Source of the DNA: a virus
Lineage: Duplodnaviria > Caudoviricetes
Length of the DNA: 64,000 nt
IMG/VR virus record: IMGVR_UViG_3300044825_001064
Span: 1,805-65,804 of that record
Direction: 5' to 3' (one strand)
This document shows positions 1-8,721 of this stretch, in pieces (position 1 is the stretch's first letter; each line of letters opens with the position of its first letter). A program made the position numbers and the translations under genes. The notes under the pieces were generated by a model that had not been told where the DNA came from, searched no databases, and saw only the letters and a program-made list of their open reading frames with translations.

Positions 1-1947
1 AGTCCGTCCGGCACAGGAGTAAAGATATTCACCAGGGCAAACCTCCAGTCCGCCCACGTTGACCATTCCGTAGGCCTGGAGATCTACCCAAAGTCCCGCT
101 ACTTCACCATCACAGGGCATAAGTTACAAGGCGATCTGCCAACTGAGAAACAAGATCTGTCCGCCCATGTGCCGGCTCGCACATTGACCCGCACAGGCGA
201 CGATGATTTTGCGAACTACACGCCACCAGTCGAGGGATGGGATTTGCCCCGCGTTGAAGCGGAATTGCTATCCGAACTCGATCCTGAGTGTGGCTATGAT
301 GAATGGAAGAATATCGGCATGGCACTGCACCATCAGTTTGAGGGTGACGTAGAGGCGCTCGAAGCATGGGATCGTTGGAGCGCACAGTCACACAAGTACA
401 CCAGCACAGGGATGAATTCCTGCGCGAATAAATGGAAATCATTTCGAGGGCAAGGCATCACACTGCGCTCATTGATTTTTAAGGTGAACCAAAAAAAGTT
501 ACAGACTGCACTAGCAAACGGCGAAATCGTGCTCGACCACTCCAATCCACTGGATCATGCACGTAAGTTTTTGCAGTCTAATTACGCCGTTGAGGGCGGG
601 TACAAATTAGTGCACTATGCGCAAGAGTTTTTTATCTACACAGGCACGCACTACACGTTTATCGAAGAGGCCACCATCCGCTCGCAGATGTATAAGTTTT
701 TAGATAAATGCCAGAAGCAAGACCGTAAGGGCAACCTTGTGCCGTTCAATGCCAATCCGGCCGCAGTGAACTCGGCCATCGATGCGCTAAAGTCAATCGT
801 GCACCTTGCTAATGATCCAAACTCCAAACCACCAGTATGGCTTGATGGGTTTGAAATAAACAACCCACCCGCAGGGAAGTTGATCAGTATGAAAAACGGC
901 CTATTCCAAATGGATCAGCTCGTTTTATTCCCGCACTCACTGGGCTTCTTTACATACAACAGTTTGCCGTTCGAGTACAACCCCAGCGCAAAATGCCCAC
1001 AATGGCTTAAATTCCTCGATGATGTGTGGGGCGATGATGAGGAGGCAATCAGCCTATTACAGGAGTATTTTGGTTACATTCTCAGTGGCGACACGATGCA
1101 ACAAAAGTTTTTAAACATCATAGGTCCGCGACGTAGCGGGAAGGGCACGATCAACCGCGTGCTCACCGAACTGCTGGGTCAGGCCAACGTGGTATCGCCG
1201 CAGATGGAGGAGTTGTGTGATACGTTCGGGCTGCAGCCATGGTTAGGCAAACAGCTAGCGAGTTTCACCGACGCGCGTGTGACGCCGAAGAACTCAGCCG
1301 GCGTAGTGTCGCAGCTATTGCGTATCGTAGGTGCGGATACCGTGACAGTGAACCGTAAAAACAAAGAGTCGTGGTCAGGCTATCTGCCAACCCGCATCAT
1401 TGTGTATTCTAACGAGATGCTTCAGTTGGCCGAGAACTCCAACGCACTGACCGGCCGTATGTTGGTGCTTACTATGACAAACAGCTTCTTTAATAAAGAG
1501 GACTTTTCTTTGGCAGATCGACTGACTCAAGAGTTGGCCGGCATTTTTAACTGGGCGATCGAGGGGCACATCAGGCGCACCAAGCGGACTGGGCAGCGAT
1601 TCATTCAGCCAAAGTCAGCAGAGGGTACGCTCGAACTCATGACCGAGTTGTCAAACCCGCTAGCCGCATTTATGACTGAAGTTGTAGAGTTCGGCGACGG
1701 GTACGAGGTCGGTAAAGACGATTTGTTTGCGTGCTACAAACACTGGGCGATCAAGAAGAATTACCACCCAGGCACAGAGATGTCGTTTAAACGCCGTTTC
1801 TTAGCCGCCACCCAAGAGTTGCGGGTGCAGAGTTACCGGCGCAGAGAAGGCGATGAGACTGTGTACGTGTACCTTGGCGTCAAACTTAAACCAAAGGCAC
1901 AGGCGTACGCCGATGGCATATCTAACTTTGAAAAAGAGATATTTTAA
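1..1947 (+). CDS. Primase-helicase (AEP/prim-pol N-terminus, PriCT-2, D5/P4-type SF3 helicase); 5'-partial
   Basis: Frame 1 is open from base 1 (SPSGTGVKIF...EIYPKSRYFTITG, AEP-like), so the gene extends beyond the 169 start in the track; PriCT-2 motif YDEWKNIGMALH...WDRWS; Walker A GPRRSGKGT. Confidence 0.9.
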   Translation, partial: SPSGTGVKIFTRANLQSAHVDHSVGLEIYPKSRYFTITGHKLQGDLPTEKQDLSAHVPARTLTRTGDDDFANYTPPVEGWDLPRVEAELLSELDPECGYDEWKNIGMALHHQFEGDVEALEAWDRWSAQSHKYTSTGMNSCANKWKSFRGQGITLRSLIFKVNQKKLQTALANGEIVLDHSNPLDHARKFLQSNYAVEGGYKLVHYAQEFFIYTGTHYTFIEEATIRSQMYKFLDKCQKQDRKGNLVPFNANPAAVNSAIDALKSIVHLANDPNSKPPVWLDGFEINNPPAGKLISMKNGLFQMDQLVLFPHSLGFFTYNSLPFEYNPSAKCPQWLKFLDDVWGDDEEAISLLQEYFGYILSGDTMQQKFLNIIGPRRSGKGTINRVLTELLGQANVVSPQMEELCDTFGLQPWLGKQLASFTDARVTPKNSAGVVSQLLRIVGADTVTVNRKNKESWSGYLPTRIIVYSNEMLQLAENSNALTGRMLVLTMTNSFFNKEDFSLADRLTQELAGIFNWAIEGHIRRTKRTGQRFIQPKSAEGTLELMTELSNPLAAFMTEVVEFGDGYEVGKDDLFACYKHWAIKKNYHPGTEMSFKRRFLAATQELRVQSYRRREGDETVYVYLGVKLKPKAQAYADGISNFEKEIF

Positions 1948-2082
1948 ATGGACGAGAAAGACAAACTAATGTTTTTTGCTGGCATGGCCTTAGTTGGCTT
2001 GGTATTACGTGGCGAGTCACCAGACAATGCAGCTAAAATGGCGCGCGAGTACGCAGAAGCCATGCTCAAACAAGACCAATGA
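1948..2082 (+). CDS. Small hypothetical protein (44 aa, MDEKDKLMFFAGMALVG...AREYAEAML)
   Basis: Hand translation; abuts the upstream stop and overlaps the next ATG (ATGA). Confidence 0.6.
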   Translation: MDEKDKLMFFAGMALVGLVLRGESPDNAAKMAREYAEAMLKQDQ

Positions 2083-2327
2083 AAAACTATGGATTTAAGA
2101 AAACGACTCTTAGAAACGACTTCACGGCAATTTTTGGAGGAGTGGGAAAAAGGCGTGTCATTTTTGTTAACCCAAAAGGTAAAGCCAACCCGTTCAAGCG
2201 CACCAGAATGCAAATGCACCGACGTGCCGCGCAAGGATGGCGAAACAAAACCTTTGGGAGACTTACCGCTTTGAAGATGCGATTGAAATACGGGATTAAA
2301 AGCCCAGTCAGGAGATTTAGAATATGA
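2079..2327 (+). CDS. Basic hypothetical protein
   Basis: ATGA coupling at both ends. Confidence 0.55.
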   Translation: MKNYGFKKTTLRNDFTAIFGGVGKRRVIFVNPKGKANPFKRTRMQMHRRAAQGWRNKTFGRLTALKMRLKYGIKSPVRRFRI

Positions 2328-2581
2328 ATCGTAATTGGCATTATGGTGACACCCAACTGCACTATCTGTATGCAGATCAACATGGCCGCATCATCGGCGA
2401 GACGGCGCTCTTAGGCCACGCACGCAAAGGCATGCACTCGTGCACCGTTTACCCAACGCCAACAGAAAGCGTTACACTTGGTGTGTATGTTACTTTTGAA
2501 TCAGCAAAAAACGCGATTGAATCGTATTGGTTTAGGAAAGACAACACGTTGGACAACTTAATTGAAAGCAAGGAGAGTTGA
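2324..2581 (+). CDS. Hypothetical protein
   Basis: SD AGGAG; ATGA overlap with the upstream gene. Confidence 0.6.
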   Translation: MNRNWHYGDTQLHYLYADQHGRIIGETALLGHARKGMHSCTVYPTPTESVTLGVYVTFESAKNAIESYWFRKDNTLDNLIESKES

Positions 2582-2584
2582 ACT

Positions 2585-2722
2585 ATGAAATACGCATTTA
2601 TGCTTATTGAATTAGCTTGCATGATCACTGGCGCGATATCCGCGGTGTACGGTGACATCGAGGGCGCGACATTGCTGTGGGCCGTGGCGATCTACATGAC
2701 GATCCAACGCAACAACGCATAA
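2585..2722 (+). CDS. Small membrane protein (45 aa)
   Basis: Hand translation, SD AAGGAG, two hydrophobic stretches. Confidence 0.5.
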   Translation: MKYAFMLIELACMITGAISAVYGDIEGATLLWAVAIYMTIQRNNA

Positions 2723-2773
2723 CAGATAATATATGATCCATAAACACGCAAAAAGCCGTATAAAAGGCAATAT

Positions 2774-3001
2774 ATGAGCCGTAAAATGATCGACCCGCCG
2801 AACGGTTGGAAGTACGGTTTCCCAAAAGAAATACCAGAAGATGTCGACAACACCGTGCAGTGGCTCATCGAGAACGGCTATCCCGAGGCAGAGATCAAAC
2901 GATTAGGCGACAGTTTTTATGTACGAGGATGGTGGGAAGAAAAACACGAGTACGAGATATGCAGTTTAGAAAAGGCCGAAGAGTTTGCAAAGAAAAGCTA
3001 A
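2774..3001 (+). CDS. Hypothetical protein (IDPPNGWKYGFPK family)
   Basis: Recurrent small phage-protein motif DPPxGWxYGFP...WLIENGYP. Confidence 0.65.
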   Translation: MSRKMIDPPNGWKYGFPKEIPEDVDNTVQWLIENGYPEAEIKRLGDSFYVRGWWEEKHEYEICSLEKAEEFAKKS

Positions 3002-3004
3002 CAA

Positions 3005-3280
3005 ATGAACGCATACGAATTAGCAGATAAATTGCAAGAATTGGATGCAAAACTGCATTTAATAGTTTTGTTTAAATCAGCAGTTATGCTTCGCCAACAA
3101 GCAAACCGCATAGCGGAGTTATCAAAAAATGTTGATGAGCTGGAAGAAGAGTTGCTAAAAGCACCACAAATAAAAGAGTTAAGTGATGAGGAAATAGAAG
3201 AAGTTATGTATAAATGCGACTGGGCATACGACCCTGTTGCATTTGCTAGAGCAATACTAAAGAAAGCGAGTGAGAAATGA
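3005..3280 (+). CDS. Ea22/EaA-like mosaic protein, paralog 1
   Basis: MNAYELA start; KELSDEEI...FARAILKKASEK end shared with the neighbours. Confidence 0.7.
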   Translation: MNAYELADKLQELDAKLHLIVLFKSAVMLRQQANRIAELSKNVDELEEELLKAPQIKELSDEEIEEVMYKCDWAYDPVAFARAILKKASEK

Positions 3281-3591
3281 ACGCATACGAATTAGCAGAA
3301 CAAGCAAAAGAAATAAGCACGACCATTGAAGCATTGGAGTGGGTGCAAAAGGTTAGTCCTTTGCTTATTCAGCAAGCAAAAGAAATAGAGCGATTGATTG
3401 GTGCCGAGCCAATAACCTATGGGATGCTTACATTTTGCAAAAATTGTGGCGAACAAAATCCTTACTACACCGCACCGAAAGAGTTAAGTGATGAGGAGAT
3501 AGAAAAGATAGCGGTTCGATACTACGTTGGTTCAAGAATATTACCTATTCAGTTTGCTAGAGCAATACTAAAGAAAGCGAGTGAAAAATGA
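3277..3591 (+). CDS. Ea22/EaA-like mosaic protein, paralog 2 (CxxC insert)
   Basis: Same N- and C-terminal blocks as paralog 1; FCKNCG. Confidence 0.7.
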   Translation: MNAYELAEQAKEISTTIEALEWVQKVSPLLIQQAKEIERLIGAEPITYGMLTFCKNCGEQNPYYTAPKELSDEEIEKIAVRYYVGSRILPIQFARAILKKASEK

Positions 3592-3824
3592 ATAATGAAC
3601 CAGTAGCGTGGATGATTATAGATGTGGATAACGGAAAATCACTTCAGTTTGAAGAAAACAAATTTTCAGAAATAAATATCCCACTCTACACCACACCACA
3701 AATAAAAGAGTTAAGTAATGAGGAAATAAATGAAATTGCTTCTATGTGTTCTGTAAATGAGTCTGGTCAAATAAATACTAGGGAATTTGCTAGAGCAATA
3801 CTAAAGAAAGCGAGTGAGAAATGA
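3588..3824 (+). CDS. Ea22/EaA-like mosaic protein, paralog 3
   Basis: EPVAW...IPLYT motif; shared C-terminus. Confidence 0.7.
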   Translation: MNNEPVAWMIIDVDNGKSLQFEENKFSEINIPLYTTPQIKELSNEEINEIASMCSVNESGQINTREFARAILKKASEK

Positions 3825-4024
3825 ATAAACCAAATTATGTAGCAGAGGCACCGTACCAACCCGGCTACGAGGACGCAGTTATTACGGAGTCTAAGCCAGT
3901 TTTAACCGGAATCTACAAGTCAAAACCCCTTACAGATGAAGAGATTACGGGGATTCGAATGACAACCGAGGGTGATGCAATTGCATTCGCCCGCGCGATT
4001 GAACGGAGGCATGGAATCAAATGA
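3821..4024 (+). CDS. Related mosaic protein (KPLTDEEI...FARAIERRHGIK)
   Basis: Divergent version of the same C-terminal module. Confidence 0.65.
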   Translation: MNKPNYVAEAPYQPGYEDAVITESKPVLTGIYKSKPLTDEEITGIRMTTEGDAIAFARAIERRHGIK

Positions 4025-4224
4025 TTTTAAATACAAATGAACTAATGGATGGTCTGGTGGCGTTGACATATTTCCTGTATTTGTTTCTTGGACTATGGGG
4101 TCTTGCCGCTGTGTTAGATAAACTATTTGGTGGAAAAAACAATTACTTAGTTGTATGGCATTTTGTGTTAGGTAGTATGTGGGTAGCTGCACCGTATGTA
4201 GTCTGGTTTAACGCAGGTAAATAA
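4021..4224 (+). CDS. Small membrane protein
   Basis: Two hydrophobic segments; ATGA coupling. Confidence 0.55.
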   Translation: MILNTNELMDGLVALTYFLYLFLGLWGLAAVLDKLFGGKNNYLVVWHFVLGSMWVAAPYVVWFNAGK

Positions 4225-4235
4225 AAGGAAAATTT

Positions 4236-4451
4236 ATGACCAAGAAAAAGCAGATTGACATTGAGTTTGAACCGGGCTGGGCCGACGACATGGAACTTAG
4301 CCAAGAAGAATACGACGCCCTAATTAATGGGATACAACAATTAGTAGCCACAGGAGAGATCTTTGAAAACGCCACGCCCATTGAAGAATTGCCGGAAGAA
4401 GAGCAGCAAGCGATATTGGAATCGATCGCCCGTAAAAACAAAAGACACTAA
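4236..4451 (+). CDS. Acidic hypothetical protein
   Basis: SD AAGGA; ORF track. Confidence 0.65.
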   Translation: MTKKKQIDIEFEPGWADDMELSQEEYDALINGIQQLVATGEIFENATPIEELPEEEQQAILESIARKNKRH

Positions 4452-5034
4452 AAAGCCGTATTACATTGCGGACACCGGCCACTTTGGGATCCGCATCAAG
4501 GTGTGTTTCAGTGACGCTGCATTCCAGCAGGCTGTCATTGATTCCAAGATTACAACCAAGCACACCGCGCTCGATGTCGGTATGGCAGAGTCGCATTTTA
4601 TTGAGCAAGAGGGCACAACTAACGCCATGCTTGCGATCGTATTTAATTACGAAGAGATGGCGAAATGCGACGCGTTAGAACGGTTGGGTGTAATCTATCA
4701 CGAGGTATCGCACACTGTCACGCACGTGTTCGAGTACATCGGTGAAGAGGAAACTAAAGTAGGCGATGAGTCACGCTCTTATCTAGGCGAGCATATTTTT
4801 AAACAAGTATTTGGCATTTATGCTACGGAGGAAGACAAGCGTGAGCGTGCTAGAGAAAGAGATCGAGAAGCATTTAGTAAACTTGGTAAAAAAATCAGGG
4901 GGGCTAAGCTACAAGTGGATCAGCACCGTGACCGGGGTCCCGGATCGGATAGTATTCATACGCAATCAGGTGTTTTTAGTGGAACTAAAGACGGAGACGG
5001 GGAAGCTGAGTCCGAGACAAGGACTGGTTTTTGA
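4363..5034 (+). CDS. HExxH-motif putative metallopeptidase-like protein (start uncertain)
   Basis: YHEVSHTVTHVFE..GDESRSY motif; fills the 4451-4841 gap. Confidence 0.55.
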   Translation: MKTPRPLKNCRKKSSKRYWNRSPVKTKDTKKPYYIADTGHFGIRIKVCFSDAAFQQAVIDSKITTKHTALDVGMAESHFIEQEGTTNAMLAIVFNYEEMAKCDALERLGVIYHEVSHTVTHVFEYIGEEETKVGDESRSYLGEHIFKQVFGIYATEEDKRERARERDREAFSKLGKKIRGAKLQVDQHRDRGPGSDSIHTQSGVFSGTKDGDGEAESETRTGF

Positions 5035-5122
5035 TCAGTTAGGCGAGGCCGGCTTTCCAGTGCATATATTACATTCCAAAGAAGACGTAGAGGACTTTAT
5101 TAATGCGGCGATTAAATCCTGA
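4841..5122 (+). CDS. VRR-NUC domain nuclease
   Basis: EKEIEKHL...GVPDRIV...VELKTETGKLSPRQ; GTG at 4841 with SD GGAGG. Confidence 0.9.
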   Translation: MSVLEKEIEKHLVNLVKKSGGLSYKWISTVTGVPDRIVFIRNQVFLVELKTETGKLSPRQGLVFDQLGEAGFPVHILHSKEDVEDFINAAIKS

Positions 5123-5555
5123 CACAGGCAAACCATTTGTTAAAGGCGAATGGCGCGATGATGGCCTTAGATTTTGGGGCTATAGTAAAAAGAAATATAA
5201 AAAGACAGGATACTTCATAGAGTTTTGGAGAAACACCTATCGTTTTGAAAAAGAAAATAAACGAATTCGTGATTGGCAAAAACAAAATCGTGACAAAATG
5301 AATGCCACCGCAGCAATTGTTCGAGCCAAACGAATTAAACGAAAACCAAAATGGATTAAAGATGTCTTTGTTAAAGAAATTAAAGTATGGTATCGCCGAG
5401 CCAAATTGATAAAACAATTTACAAACGAACTATGGGAGGTCGATCATATTATTCCCCTCAACGGGAAGAATGTATCAGGCCTTCATGTGCCCTGGAATTT
5501 ACAACTATTAACGAAGAAACAGAACCAAGATAAGCGTAACAAACATGTTGACTAG
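5103..5555 (+). CDS. HNH homing endonuclease
   Basis: EVDHIIPLNG...GLHVPWNLQLL...N..K.NK; AT-rich, overlaps both neighbours. Confidence 0.9.
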   Translation: MRRLNPDTGKPFVKGEWRDDGLRFWGYSKKKYKKTGYFIEFWRNTYRFEKENKRIRDWQKQNRDKMNATAAIVRAKRIKRKPKWIKDVFVKEIKVWYRRAKLIKQFTNELWEVDHIIPLNGKNVSGLHVPWNLQLLTKKQNQDKRNKHVD

Positions 5556-6888
5556 GGATCAATTACACCCATATCAAAAGGAGCTGATATCAAAAGCAAA
5601 AACCATACCCAATCTGGGCCTGTTCCTACCCCCGGGACTGGGGAAGACGGCGACGACGCTCACCATCATTGCGGAGCAGATGCAAGGAAAGACGCTGATC
5701 ATCGCGCCCAAACGCGTGGCGGAGACAGTGTGGGATGCGGAAGTGTCGAAGTGGCAGCATCTGTCCCACTTACGCGTATCGAAGATCATGGGGACGCCGA
5801 ACCAGAGATTATCCGCCTTGACTTCTCCCGCCGACATTTATCTGATTAATTTGGAAAACGTGGCTTGGCTTTGTGACGCCCAACCTAAGTTAGTGTTCAC
5901 TAACTTAGTAATTGACGAGTCCAGCCGGTTCAAGGATTCTAGCACAAAAAGGTTCAAAGCTCTTAAAAAGCATTTAAAGGGCTTTCAGAGGCGTTTAATC
6001 CTCACAGGTACGCCCACCCCTCAGGGCCTCGGAGATCTCTGGTCCCAGGTGGGTATTTTGGACTTAGGGCAGCGTTTGGAGACCAGTCTGACCAAGTTCC
6101 GCGACAAATACATGGCGCCGGACCAAATGAACCGCCATACACGTGTGGTATATAGCTGGAAGTTGCGGCCCGGCTCGGACAAATTGATTAAGGACAAGAT
6201 CAGCGATATCTGCTTCTCGCTCAAGGCAGAAGACTACCTGACCTTGCCTAAGGTAACATTAACGTATCATAAAGTAGGGTTAACGGAACATTTATATGAC
6301 AAATACAGTGCGCTTAGAAAAGACATGGTCGCTACTATCGACGGCGAAGTCATCACGGCTCCTACGGCAGCAGCACTGGCGGGGAAACTCCTCCAGTTCA
6401 CATCAGGCGCGCTGTATGCAGAAGACGGAGAAGCACACCGGTTACACGACGCTAAGGTGGAATTCCTTGAGTCGATCATGGAAGAGTATTCCTCCCCAAC
6501 ACTCGTCTTTTACCACTTCAAGCATTCTTTACAGAGGATTCAAGAGGCCTTTCCAGAGGCTGTGGTGCTGGATGATGACAACATCCAAGCGTGGCGAGAT
6601 GGCAAGATTCGTATGCTCTTGGCCCACCCCCAGTCAGGGGGCATTGGGCTTAATCTACAGTGCAACGTTGGAGAAACGGCACAAATCGTGTGGTTCGATC
6701 TGCCGTGGAGCTCAGAGAACTACATCCAAGCTAACGCTCGGATCCACCGCCAAGGGCAAGAAAAGCCGGTTATTATACACCATCTGACCGTACCCAAAAG
6801 TATTGACGAGCAGGTGATTCGCGTATTGGAAGGCAAAATAAATTTGCAAGAAGCCCTTCTAAATGACCTAAATTGCGTATTAGTATAG
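5545..6888 (+). CDS. SNF2-like (SF2) helicase
   Basis: PPGLGKT, IDESS, LTGTP, GIGLNLQ, QANARIHRQGQ. Confidence 0.93.
   Translation: MLTRDQLHPYQKELISKAKTIPNLGLFLPPGLGKTATTLTIIAEQMQGKTLIIAPKRVAETVWDAEVSKWQHLSHLRVSKIMGTPNQRLSALTSPADIYLINLENVAWLCDAQPKLVFTNLVIDESSRFKDSSTKRFKALKKHLKGFQRRLILTGTPTPQGLGDLWSQVGILDLGQRLETSLTKFRDKYMAPDQMNRHTRVVYSWKLRPGSDKLIKDKISDICFSLKAEDYLTLPKVTLTYHKVGLTEHLYDKYSALRKDMVATIDGEVITAPTAAALAGKLLQFTSGALYAEDGEAHRLHDAKVEFLESIMEEYSSPTLVFYHFKHSLQRIQEAFPEAVVLDDDNIQAWRDGKIRMLLAHPQSGGIGLNLQCNVGETAQIVWFDLPWSSENYIQANARIHRQGQEKPVIIHHLTVPKSIDEQVIRVLEGKINLQEALLNDLNCVLV
6875..6884 (+). promoter_or_regulatory. Phage promoter -10 box GCGTATTAGT (class lacking TAGGGC); predicted leaderless start at ATG 6891
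   Basis: One of ten copies of the motif. Confidence 0.75.
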
Positions 6889-6890
6889 TC

Positions 6891-7205
6891 ATGAGAAAAA
6901 TAAAAACCAACCACATTATTAAGGCCGCAACTCCCCGTCTTTCCGATGAGGAGTTGGACCCCATTGAACAAGATGATAACGAAGGCGTATCGGCCGACAT
7001 GATGGAGGCGCACTTCCCCTGGAGTCCGGAGGACATCATTGATGTCAAGCGCTTGATCCAAGAACGCATGCCCGAGAAACAGCGTTATATATTCGAGTCG
7101 TTTTTAGAGGGTTTGACCCACAATGACATACTTGTCAGCGAGAAGTATTGGCGCTATCATTTTGCTAAAGGCATCGAGTTTATTAAGAAGGAATTAAAGA
7201 TATGA
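6891..7205 (+). CDS. Sigma region-4-like / HTH protein
   Basis: C-terminus MPEKQRYIFESFLEGLTHNDI-LVSEKYWRYHFAKGIEFIKKEL resembles sigma70 region 4; ATG at 6891. Confidence 0.5.
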   Translation: MRKIKTNHIIKAATPRLSDEELDPIEQDDNEGVSADMMEAHFPWSPEDIIDVKRLIQERMPEKQRYIFESFLEGLTHNDILVSEKYWRYHFAKGIEFIKKELKI

Positions 7206-7393
7206 ACTTTATTGTTGAGCACCGAGTCAACGGCAACTATACGATGGACACCATCTCTGGCGTTGAGGATCTTGACACCAGTCAGTTCGATAATATTATT
7301 GGGATTTGGGTCTGCGATACAGCGGCCGAAACCAAGATCATGGAAAAAGAATTAAGAGAGATGCGTCATGCACGATCCAGTCAACCATCCTAA
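7202..7393 (+). CDS. Hypothetical protein
   Basis: ATGA coupling, SD AAGGA. Confidence 0.6.
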   Translation: MNFIVEHRVNGNYTMDTISGVEDLDTSQFDNIIGIWVCDTAAETKIMEKELREMRHARSSQPS

Positions 7394-7571
7394 ACACTAT
7401 ACCGCCCATCCTAGCGGTATTGAGTGCATTCAGGTTACCGAGCACATGGGCTTTTGCTTAGGCAACGCAGTTAAATATATTTGGCGTGCAGATCTAAAAC
7501 ATGACGCCGTAGAGGATTTACGTAAAGCCGTGTGGTACATTGAACGAGAAATCGCAAGGAGAATAAAATGA
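7368..7571 (+). CDS. DUF3310 (T7 gp1.7-like / SaV-like) protein
   Basis: DPVNHPKHY...IECI...GFCLGNAVKYIWRA..K...EDLRKAVWY. Confidence 0.9.
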   Translation: MHDPVNHPKHYTAHPSGIECIQVTEHMGFCLGNAVKYIWRADLKHDAVEDLRKAVWYIEREIARRIK

Positions 7572-7732
7572 TTTTGTCTATTGGTATAGTATGTATGATT
7601 ATCAGCCTGCTATCATTTATTGTTGTTGACAACTTTGGCAACTGCGTGCCAGAGCGCAAAATAAAACTGATTATCTATATTGCAATTATTGGTATTGCCC
7701 TAACCACTGTTGGAGTGCTATTTGCCATATGA
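7568..7732 (+). CDS. Small 2-TM membrane protein (54 aa)
   Basis: Hand translation; ATGA overlaps at both ends. Confidence 0.55.
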   Translation: MILSIGIVCMIISLLSFIVVDNFGNCVPERKIKLIIYIAIIGIALTTVGVLFAI

Positions 7733-7992
7733 AATACTGGACTGAACTGATGCAGTTTGAGAACGCTTTGATTGAATTTGAAAGCGTGTATAACTTGTTA
7801 AAAGCAGTCAATTGCGGCATACATCAACTGAGTCCAGAAGAGATGGAAATGGCGCTTTGGAATGTTGAGAAACAAATGGACAATCTTAATTCCAGATTGA
7901 AATCAGACTTTGAGGTTTTGTTTGACGCCGTTCGAGGCGACGACGAACCGCCAAAGAAAAAGAAAGGCAAAAAGAATGAAGTTATTCTCTGA
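7729..7992 (+). CDS. Hypothetical protein
   Basis: ORF track, SD GGAG. Confidence 0.6.
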   Translation: MKYWTELMQFENALIEFESVYNLLKAVNCGIHQLSPEEMEMALWNVEKQMDNLNSRLKSDFEVLFDAVRGDDEPPKKKKGKKNEVIL

Positions 7993-8266
7993 GTACGATC
8001 GTTTTGATTTAGAGCAAGACATTTTAAAATGTTCTCAGATTGAAGAATATCTAAACGAATTTTTGCGTTTGTATCTTGATGCGCCAGAGCCTATGTCAGA
8101 AGACGAAGTGCACAATTACATCAGCGGCATATTGCATGTGGCCAAACTACATCATTCCAGATTGTGGGATGGTTTTGAAGTTATGATTAAAAATCGGCAG
8201 TTTGTGCCGTTAGAAAAGTATATGCCTGATACCGAAATAGAAACTAAGAAAGCTAAAAAGAAATGA
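7976..8266 (+). CDS. Hypothetical protein (DRFDLEQDI family)
   Basis: ATG at 7976; common phage motif DRFDLEQxI. Confidence 0.65.
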   Translation: MKLFSEYDRFDLEQDILKCSQIEEYLNEFLRLYLDAPEPMSEDEVHNYISGILHVAKLHHSRLWDGFEVMIKNRQFVPLEKYMPDTEIETKKAKKK

Positions 8267-8463
8267 GTGAAACACAACAACCACATCCACTAGACGACAA
8301 GGTTTTAGTATTAAATCTGACCGTCAAACAAATCAACACAATCTTATACTGCCTTGGCGAAATGCCATTTGTGCAAGTAGCCGCATCAATTAATACGATC
8401 CAGACACAGTGCAAACCTCAAGTGGACGCACTGCTGGCCAATCAGGAGAAAAAAGATGGATAA
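8263..8463 (+). CDS. Hypothetical protein
   Basis: LTVKQINTIL..LGEMPF..VA..I motif. Confidence 0.6.
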   Translation: MSETQQPHPLDDKVLVLNLTVKQINTILYCLGEMPFVQVAASINTIQTQCKPQVDALLANQEKKDG

Positions 8464-8692
8464 TTTTATCCGCCAATTTTTAAAGCACCGCAAGTTTGGA
8501 AACAACATCATCCAAGCCGTGGAAGAAAAAACAAAAAAGACAACCGCCGAACAGGAAATAGAACACCGCCTACGGGCCGAAGCCATGACCAAAGTTATTG
8601 TCAACGAGATGATGCCGACCTTCCGTAAAATGATGGAAGCCGAGGAGAAAGCCAAGGAAAAGCCCATCCGTAAAATCATTGTTCCGGACTAG
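8456..8692 (+). CDS. Hypothetical protein
   Basis: SD AGGAG; ORF track. Confidence 0.6.
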   Translation: MDNFIRQFLKHRKFGNNIIQAVEEKTKKTTAEQEIEHRLRAEAMTKVIVNEMMPTFRKMMEAEEKAKEKPIRKIIVPD

Positions 8693-8721
8693 GGCGGATT
8701 TGGTCACAAAAGCGTATTAGT
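8690..8721 (+). promoter_or_regulatory. Late-class phage promoter TAGGGC-N16-GCGTATTAGT
   Basis: GGGC 8692-8695, -10 box 8712-8721, 16-nt spacer as in the six minus-strand copies. Confidence 0.85.

Larger units (their letters stand above)
3242..3825 (+). repeat. Three 40-bp direct repeats TTTGCTAGAGCAATACTAAAGAAAGCGAGTGARAAATGAA (3242, 3553, 3786), plus shorter shared blocks
   Basis: Read directly; one mismatch among the copies. Confidence 0.95.

Noticed and set aside
3160-3740. KELSDEEI as a double-glycine bacteriocin leader
   Set aside because: The motif is C-terminal, not followed by GG, and no peptidase-containing transporter is present
3242-3825. CRISPR array
   Set aside because: Repeats are coding, 230-310 bp apart and irregular; the Cas4-like DUF2800 gene is a standard phage replication exonuclease
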